From the NCBI RefSeq assembly GCF_002113885.1, contig NW_018404117.1:211201-275200 (forward strand): a DNA stretch of 64,000 nucleotides. The letters are read 5' to 3'. Position numbers and translations under genes: made by a program. Positions 55,657 through 64,000 of this stretch are shown in pieces (position 1 is the stretch's first letter; each line of letters begins with the position of its first letter). The stretch comes from Mizuhopecten yessoensis (lineage: Eukaryota). The notes beneath the pieces were generated by a model. That model ran no database searches and was not told the DNA's origin. It was given only the letters and a program-made list of their open reading frames with translations.

Positions 55657-57199
55657 AACAAGAGGCCCAGGGGCCTTAATAGCTCACCTGGTATTTTATT
55701 TTTCAATTTAAAACCTGCTGAGTACCATTCAGGTTTATCAAAGGAGTACAAGTAACAAAGTTGCATCTTCCATTTATAAATATTCAATTCCCTTTGCCCA
55801 AAGATTCTCTAAAACAAGTTTGGTTAGGTTAAAATCCCTTCAACGGTACAGAAGGAGAAGGATCTTTAATGTTTTCCTCTATTTCCCCTAATGGGCCCCA
55901 CTAATCTGCCCCAAAGAAGGGGAATCCACACACCTCAGTTTAAACAAAATTGATTCTTTTCTCCCTAAGCATGCTTCAGACTGCATTTGGTTTAAATCCC
56001 TTCACTTGTATAGTAGGAGAAAAAAAATCCTCTATTTCCCCTATTGGGCCCCGCTCCTATGCCGCCAGAAGGCCCACACCCTCCGTTTATACAAACTTGA
56101 GTCTCCTTTGTCCAAAGATGCTCTAGGACAAATTTGGTCAAAATCCTTCAATTGGTTGAGGAGAAGATTTTTAAAGATTTACCTATTTTCCCCTATTTGG
56201 CCCCGTCCCTCTGCCCCCAGGGGGACCATACCCTCCGTTCATACAAAACTGAGAACCCTTTGGCCAATGATGCTCCAGACCAAATTTGGTCAAAATCCCT
56301 TCATCGGTACAAAAGGAGAAGGATATTTGATGTTTTCCTCTATTTCCCCTAATGGGCCCCACCCATCTGCCCTTAGAAGGAGGCCCACACACCTCAGTTT
56401 ATACAAAATTGATTCTTTTGTCCCTAATCATGCTTCAGACTGCATTTGGTTAAAATCCCTTCACTTGTATAGCAGGAGAAAAAAAATCCTCTATTTCCCC
56501 TATTGGGCCCCGCCCCTCCGCCCCCAGAGGGGCCACACCCTCCGTTTATACAAACTTGAGTCTTCTTTGTCCAAAGATGCTCTAGGACAAATTTGGTCAA
56601 AATCCTTCAATTGGTTGAGAAGAAGAACATTTTTAAAGATTTACCTTTTTTCCCCTTATTTAGCCCCGCCCCTCTGCCCCGAGGGGGGGCTATACCGTCC
56701 GTTTATACAAAACTGAGAACCCTTTGGCCAATGATGCTCCTGACCAAGCTTCAGACTGCATTTGGTTTAAATCCCTTCACTTGTATAGTAGGAGAGAAAA
56801 AATCCTCTACTTCCCCTATTTGGCCCCGCCCCTCTGCCCCCAAAGAGGCCACACCCTCCGTTTATACAAACTTGAGTCTCCTTTGTCCAAAGATGCTCTA
56901 GGACAAATTTGGTCAAAATCCTTCTATTGGTTGAGAAGAAGAAGATTTTTAAAGATTTACCTATTTTCCCCCTATTTGGCCCCGCCCCTCTGCCCCCAGG
57001 GGGGTTATACCCTCCGTTTATACAAAACTGAGAACCCTTTGGCCAATGATGCTCCTGACCAAATTTGGTCAAAATCCTCTGAGCCATTCAGGACAAGTAG
57101 CATTTTAAAGGAAAAAGTTGACGGACGCTGGACGCCGGACGCCGAGGCTGCACCATGGGATAAGCTCACATGGCCCTTCGGGCCAGGTGAGCTAAAAAA
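55657..57199 (-). mobile_element. Helentron/HINE-like element D with ~154-bp cores arranged as a 461-bp trimeric higher-order repeat
   Basis: Left end AACAAG-AGGCCCAGGGGCCT-TAAT-AGCTCACCTGG. Repeat offset 55861 to 56322. GGACG microsatellite. Hairpin AGCTCACATGGCCC-ttc-GGGCCAGGTGAGCT followed by an A-run. Confidence 0.9.
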
Positions 57200-57791
57200 G
57201 GCTGATCTAATTTTGTTGTTTAAATTAGATTATGGAATGGCTCCCTGTCTACAAAATTCAAATTCAAAACTAAAACACTACAGTTGAAGTAAATCCAGTG
57301 GGTTAAAATATCAGCTATTGCTCTGTAGGATTGATTTCTAGGATTTTACTACACAGACGTAAGTTATGGAATTTCCTTTGGATCGAAGCGCTTTCCAAGT
57401 CGAGCTTGCACGATCATTAAAGTTATATCTTGGCTTGTCTGACTCAAAACGATCACACCCCATCTAACTGATACAATGTATTCATGACTCTGTCAGACAC
57501 AAAGCCTTCCATCTCACAAAATTTAAATAGAAAGTAAATTTTAATAGTTAAGCGAATGCAGGTTCTACTGCACAGAACCCAATGTTATCAGACAATACAC
57601 CTATACCCTTATCTACAAAGCACCTCCAATTTTGTCTTATTGCATTTTTGCAGAAATTGTAAGTCTTCACACTCAGGATGAATATTTAAACCAGAAAAAA
57701 ATATTGAATAAGAAAATGAAATTTTACTAATTACACTGAAAAGAGAAGGATTTCAAAACCATTTTGTGTTGCTGCAATCTAATAAGAAAAC

Positions 57792-57794
57792 TTT

Positions 57795-57833
<39 letters not shown>

Positions 57834-57857
57834 TTTTTTTTTTTTTTTTTTTTTTTT
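57792..57857. repeat. T23-A19-T24 homopolymer cluster
   Basis: Counted from the sequence. Confidence 0.9.
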
Positions 57858-59418
57858 AAACGCAATCAAAATTAATGCTGGAAGATGATCATTGCTAGAT
57901 TAATTTGCATCTGAAAATCTATTTTCTTACATTACTGTATATTGAGATTAATGATAATGAATAATGTTCTACTGGTGACTTTATTCCCAAATGTTCTCAA
58001 ACCAAGTTGAGTTTATCTTATGCGCTAGCTCAATTATTTCAAAATCCCAAATTTTATATCCTTCCAAGCAAATACTTACATACCTACGTAAAGTTGGCGG
58101 AACTGAACTCATCAATAGAAAGTACATCTGGCAAGGAAACTACAAAAGGATAGGGGACCCATTTTGAAGGGAAAAATTAAAACAAATTGAAATTATACTT
58201 GAGTGAGGGTAAACTTTACAACTGATTTCCAAAACCTGAGAGGCTGTGTTGGTAATATATCTTACATGAAGACTTCAGTTAGCACACCTTTTGAAAAACC
58301 TTTTTACAGAAGAATTATATTTTTTTAGACTTTACTGACGATTAGACTGTAATAAGTCCATGTCTTAAAACTGTACATATAATGACTAAAGGCTCAAACG
58401 ATTTTTAACCGTTTTTTAAAATTCCAACAATCCTTTTTAATCTATTCTACACATTTAACCTCTTTGGTGTAGAGGAATTATGCTCTGCATCTGATAGCTA
58501 AGAAATCTGCATTTGCAAATTACTTTTTTTTTTTTTATCATTAAACATAAATATACATGATGCACTGATTTTATATACATATACAATATGAAAAATACCT
58601 AGGGTAGGTTTGTAAAACAATCAGACAATTGCAAATAGTAAATTTATGGTCTGAAACAAGTGCTCTAATAAATTAAAAAAATCTCCAATATCAGTATTGA
58701 TTTAACAGTGACTACATAAGAAGAAACTATACCTCGATAACCTATCTTTTGAAGATCATTTCTTGTGAATTTTTTCCTTAAGAATCTTCATATTTCTGAA
58801 GACAATTTTACTTAAAGATTTGTTCTTTTCAGGAGTATCTTCTCTCATGATGTTTTTAGTGAGGAATAATTTTATGAGAATCCGTTTCATAGATATCTAT
58901 TTGTGTATCCTTTGAATTTATTCATAGGATTCTGAGTTTCTTTCCTGAGAATATATTTCCTAAGAATTATTTCAGAGACTCTTAATTCCTCGGACTCTAT
59001 TTCCAGGGAAATAAATGATCTCCTAGGACTCTATAATCTATATCCTGGGAATGTTATATCTAGGACTCTATTTCCTCAGTAAAATTTCCTGTAAATCTTT
59101 TCCCAAAGGATCAAGCTCCAAATAGTATTAGCAATCCTGTTAATTTCAATCTCGAAGGTCTTTTTCGTCAGAATCTTTTTCCATGGTGCTTTGACATATT
59201 TTCACAGGTGAGAAACACAAGTCGTAATATCAATATCAAATCCTCCAATAATATTGAATGTTCCATTTCTGAAAACAACAACCTGTTAACAACTTAGGGT
59301 ACCCATGTACCACTACCAATAACTGTCACTACACACAGAAAACGGTCTCCTTCTGACATGATTATAGCTGTGATAAATCATGACCGAAAAGAAAACCATA
59401 TCTTGCAGGACTTTAAAG

Positions 59419-59987
59419 AACAAGCCATTTGGATTGATATGTCTCGCCTGTGCCCCGCGGATTGATTTGTCTCGCCTGTGCCCCGCGGATTGATATGTCT
59501 CGCCTGTGACCCGCGGATTGATACGTCTTGCCTGTGCCCCGCGGATTGATACGTCTTGCCTGTGCCCCGCGGATTGATACGTCTTGCCTGTGCCCCGCGG
59601 ATTGATACGTCATGCCCGAGCCCCGTGGATTGATATGTCTCGCCTGTGCCCCGCGGATTGGTACGTCTCGCCTGTGCCCCGCGGATTGATACGTCTCGCC
59701 TGTGCCCCGCGGATTGATCCGTCTTGCCTGTGCCCCGTGGATTGATATGTCTCGCCTGTGCCCCGCGGATTGATATGTCTCGCCTGTGCCCCGCAGATTG
59801 ATATGTCTCACCTGTGCCCCGTGGATTGATACGTCTCGCCTGTGCCCGCTTGACCATCAATGCATATGTCAAGTTTGGTTGGTGTAGCACTTATAGTTTC
59901 AGAGAAACTAACTTAAACACAAAAACTTAATGTTGCTGCCGGAAAAGCATCACCTTAGTCTCGCTTCCCCTAATGGCGAGACAAAAA
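59419..59987 (-). mobile_element. Short Helentron/HINE-like element F containing a 28-bp GC-rich array (~15 copies, 59431-59847)
   Basis: AACAAG at 59419. Unit GGATTGATATGTCTCGCCTGTGCCCCGC. One CAAGTTTGG core box. Terminal hairpin GTCTCGC...GCGAGAC followed by AAAAA. Confidence 0.75.
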
Positions 59988-59997
59988 CTAATAAAGA

Positions 59998-60210
59998 TGA
60001 ATTAAACAAGAAATCATCTACAACAGTATTCCGAGTATGAAAAATTCAGCGGGGCTTATAGACTGGATTCAAACCCCTGACCTCAGAATGTTAATACTAT
60101 CCCTCTTTAACCAACTAAGCTACTTGGTCAAAGGAAGTGTTATACTCCACTGTGTTAGGTATATCTAAAAAGAAACTTAGGAAAGGTTACAGTATATATA
60201 CGAAAAACCA
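59998..60210 (-). mobile_element. Second diverged copy of the tRNA-head-containing repeat at 31153-31355
   Basis: Collinear motifs ATGAA.TAAACAA, CAACAGT, AAACCC, ATACTATC, ATATC.AAAAAGA and AGGTTAC.GTATATA. Confidence 0.6.
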
Positions 60211-60703
60211 TAGTGGCATTCTCTAGCGCAGTAGGACATTAGGGTCCTTAAACATGTAAATGTGATATTACTGGTGGATTAGTCAATGGTTAAGTTAGGT
60301 GCTACTGTGGAAAAAAATAATGCCATTAGAATCACTGCCCCACCACAAAACAGAACACTAAATATATGCTTTCATTACATGCACTATAAGACACATACAT
60401 ATGTGGAGGTATTTAGCAAGTGGCATATGACCAGCAGTTAATGCCAGATAAGGTAGCTTCTGCAAAGTACTTGCATTGATTGTATTAATTTTGCATTTAT
60501 GTATTGTCTTGTATGAGTGGCTTTAGTGATATTATGGTTACCAGATGTCAAAATTTGAGTGTGATTACACTCAAGTCTATGACACTTGGATATCAAAACA
60601 AAAGCAACATAATTAACAGAACAGCTAAATAAATTTCAAAAACCAGATGTCTAACGCAAACAGTAAAATGTGTAACAGCCAGCTAGAGTTTGAGCATCAT
60701 TAA

Positions 60704-60786
60704 CGCATTCACCCCTGAAGACATATTTGAACTCCTCCAATTCAACGGGTGGAATAGTTCATTATGAAATTTCAGGGGTGAATGAG
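60704..60786. mobile_element. 83-bp MITE with TTAA target duplication (piggyBac-type target)
   Basis: TTAA|CGCATTCACCCCTGAA...TTCAGGGGTGAATGAG|TTAA. TIRs match at 15 of 16 positions. Confidence 0.8.
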
Positions 60787-62430
60787 TTAAGATTGGAAGA
60801 CAAAATTGCAGTAGTATCAAGGTGACGCTACTGTAGCTTCTGTATGATGGAACAACAATAAACATGCTTTCCAAACATTTTATAATAACATCGAGGATGA
60901 TATTAATGACCAATTTCTGGATGACAAAAGAACTTGTACACATGTAGGTATAATGCTGTTCTAATAATAGCAAATACATGTTAATGACTAATATTAAAAT
61001 AAACACAGGACAGTAAAAAGAAAATCAATCTTGCCGTGATTTTTTACCGGTCAGAATTGGTATAATGTATTGGCTGTTGACACCAACAAGCTTTGTTTTA
61101 ATTAATTAGGAACACTTTGTGTCATAGAAAGTTTGTTGTTGTCCATAGGAAGTAGGCCATCCTAATCAATTTCCTTCTCTATACATCAACTAATTTAGCA
61201 GTAATTTATACGGATGGGAGTTTTGGATGTGATAAGTGGAAGCACTGGTACAGTGTCATTAATCTGTATTGTAAAAAAATGTAATTATCAAATGGTCTTA
61301 TAGCCCAATACCTCTATACCTTTTATCTACATATTTTAATCAGGTAGTACAGTCAGTTATACCCTACAATCTGTATATGTATAAGAATATCATTTACATT
61401 CAATACCAACCAATGTTATGTTGTTATAGGAATATTTCCAACACTCAGTACAACTTCCATAGCCTTAAACAACCTGAATCGTTAAAGAAATATTATTAAC
61501 ATTCATATCAACCTAAATAGCCTACAAAGCAATGCATCAAAATTTAAATTTTTACACAAACAATAAATTAGGTATCAAACCTTCAGGACTGACTGATCTA
61601 TGTGTTAAGTATCAGCCTATATACTGTAAATTGTAATAGGCATATTTCTATCAAACACGCAGTTCAGCCTACATTTAGCCTACATGATGTATTGTAACAT
61701 CCGGTACAACCATATATAGTGTATGTTCTACAGCTGACATTAACTGTTATTTGGATATTATAATCAACGCCCAGTGCAGCCTGTACATGTTCTGTAAACA
61801 TACAACCCTTACTGGTTTAGACAATCAACGCCTACTTTGTAACAGCCTAAAGCGGATATTATACACTTATTGTCCTTGTTATAGCAATAGGGAAACATGA
61901 ATCCTTGTTTCCCTGAGACTAATGTTGTATCCTTAATGTTGCACAGAAGGCAATTATAAAATCTGTAATTACAATTTTGAAATGAACCCTAAATTGGACT
62001 ATAAGTTCAGCTATCATCAATATTAATTTGTGATGCATGGTTTCTTTTTAAATAATTTTCTTTACAAAACTCATGGACTAACTTGTGATGGTATATTTCT
62101 TGTCAGAACATCTTTCTACAAACTCATATGGATATGGAACTTTCTTACTGCTTCCATTATAGTTAATACAAAAATAATTATCATCTATTTCACCTCTATG
62201 TAACTTTAGTAAACTCTACCATGCATTGATCTGGATGAGTCCATTATGGTCCACAGTGGTGAAAGAGTTATTTCACAACATATTTAACCAAACTAGAAAC
62301 AAATATCAAAATCAGATCCCAGGAATAAAAGAAAGAAAAAAAGGACAATTATACAAAGTAGATCGAGTGTTAATTAGATTTTACCTTCATTTAAATAATT
62401 GTAAGAAGATAAGAATGTGTCGATACTTAC

Positions 62431-62643
62431 CCTGACTTCAATGTTGAGATATTTGTCAGACTTTTTCTGTTTCAACCTCTGCAAGAAGTTTTCGGCCATA
62501 ATAGGGTCTCTCTTGACAGCTGTCACCGCTTTCTCCTCTCGATCTGAATTAGAAACATCAAAGCCAAATGCAGATCTGAGATTGTTGATACGTCGGTTCA
62601 ATGCCACCAGTAATTGTTTCCCCATATTTCCTGCTTCACTCAT
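62431..62643 (-). CDS. PTP-domain gene, first identifiable coding exon (MSEAGN...PIMAENFLQRLKQKKSDKYLNIEVR), containing a wedge-like segment
   Basis: ATG at 62643 with an in-frame TGA a few codons upstream. Donor AGG|GTAAGT at 62430, phase 0, joins exon 2 in frame. An alternative internal acceptor (TTTCTAATTCAG|AT) at 62543 is possible. Confidence 0.75.
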
Positions 62644-64000
62644 CAAGCTTCAACATCAGCTTCACAATCCGAACGAAAATCGTAGGAAAATATTTCATTT
62701 GAATTTCAGAAATATCCTTTTAACTATAGTACATGAGGATTGTAATTTGTATGTGAGACACTGTTTACTGATGGCCACGGGAGGGCGATGTTTTGGATGT
62801 GCAGTGTGGACTCTCTCTGCACACCCATAGCTTAGTCACCATACTCGACAGATTTCCTATTTATGGAACGGTGAGGAAACCAAAATCTAACATTGTCACA
62901 TGATTCTTGTGTGCTGTCGCCTTTTTTATCTCCTGGTTGTCCGTGTTAGCCCGGTGACACAGTCAGGAGATAGTACGCTAGTGTAGCACTAAGCGCATGT
63001 ACCGTGTAACGGCACAATTACACGCTGACATCACAAATAACAATACCTATACTCTTCCAGTCGTGCGGGACTCTATTTCCGTCTTAAATTGTCGTGACAA
63101 TTATAAATATCTACAGCTGTTACTACTCATGAAATAACTGAATTGCGACAATATATGACCCTTTGTCTCAGGATACACACAGTATCCGCTCTCTCTAATA
63201 ATCCATAATTCTGTCTGAATCTCGACGAGGAGTGAAGACGCTACACTTTCTCCAGCTCATTTCCAATGGTTGACAGATGCATGCAATTAAAACATGTACA
63301 GATCAGCACATAGAATTATGAGATCTATGATAAAACTTATGTGTCTATCCGTCGGGGTGTACTGAACCCCTGATCTAATGGCAATGATTACTATACTGAG
63401 ATGCCAGCCGTGTTACACCTGCAGGGAAAAGTCAACACGAATATAATTCTAAATTTCTGGTGCTGGCAATTGATTGCAGAGTGATTGTAGGTAATGTGGC
63501 GGTGTCAATGAGAGCATACCCAGCCTTGGGAAACTTTGAACTGAAATCCACACTGTGACAGAATCAGTGGATATAGGCCGATATTTGCCTAGTGGCAACC
63601 GGTATTGATGTTACGGTAACAATAGGCCATACATGAATATAAACATTGAAACAGGGACACTTATATATATACTCAGCCGACTTCCCCATCCGCTCCAGCG
63701 GCCAATTAATCATTCATGGTCGTTGGTAATAGTACTGGAACCACAGCGTGGCAGTTGGAAGTACAGAATTTCACCAGGTACAGACTTATTTGTCACACAA
63801 CAGTCCGCACAGGTGTTAAAAGGAGGCTGACAGTTTTAAACATTTACGTTAGGTATTGTAATATTTACATTTGAAAGTTATTAGTATTGTAGGGATACTT
63901 GGGACTATATATGGGCAGATTCTCTATGGTCTATATACATTACAATCTAAAACAGTTGAAGTTTGGAGTAGATGATGATTTAGGTGACAATTGTAACAAT

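Noticed and set aside
56006-57287. Overlapping ORFs of 236, 187, 106 and 102 aa
   Set aside because: They arise from element D core repeats. No Rep/helicase or transposase motifs.
59378-59890. 170-aa and 132-aa repetitive ORFs
   Set aside because: Products of the stop-poor 28-bp array.
62700-63300. Promoter of the PTP gene
   Set aside because: Mild CpG enrichment only. No transcription start site or core motif can be assigned from sequence.

Overview
AT-rich animal genomic DNA. The repeat families suggest a bivalve mollusc, which is an inference. One gene can be reconstructed: a minus-strand protein-tyrosine-phosphatase (PTP) domain gene with six coding exons (62643-62431, 44410-44320, 33094-33021, 20258-20222, 17766-17669, 9261-9130). 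All junctions are GT-AG and in frame, giving 215 aa. The exons with the WPD loop and HCX5R motif were not found and probably lie left of base 1. The protein looks like a receptor-PTP D1 domain with a wedge-like segment. It has no signal peptide or transmembrane segment in the window, and it has lost the KNRY Arg/Tyr and the motif-7 Lys, so it is a candidate cytosolic pseudophosphatase or altered-specificity enzyme. The 2.5-18 kb introns hold about 20 unrelated tandem arrays, six co-oriented Helentron/HINE (pearl-like) elements (four carrying ~150-bp satellite arrays), several MITEs, tRNA-like SINE heads, a 1,274-bp tandem duplication, a long interrupted inverted repeat next to exon 2, and a 668-N gap. 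Nearly all ORFs in the supplied track are repeat-derived or spurious. No CRISPR, rRNA or intact tRNA was seen. I cannot establish a new biological system from sequence alone; the best leads are ranked in the findings.
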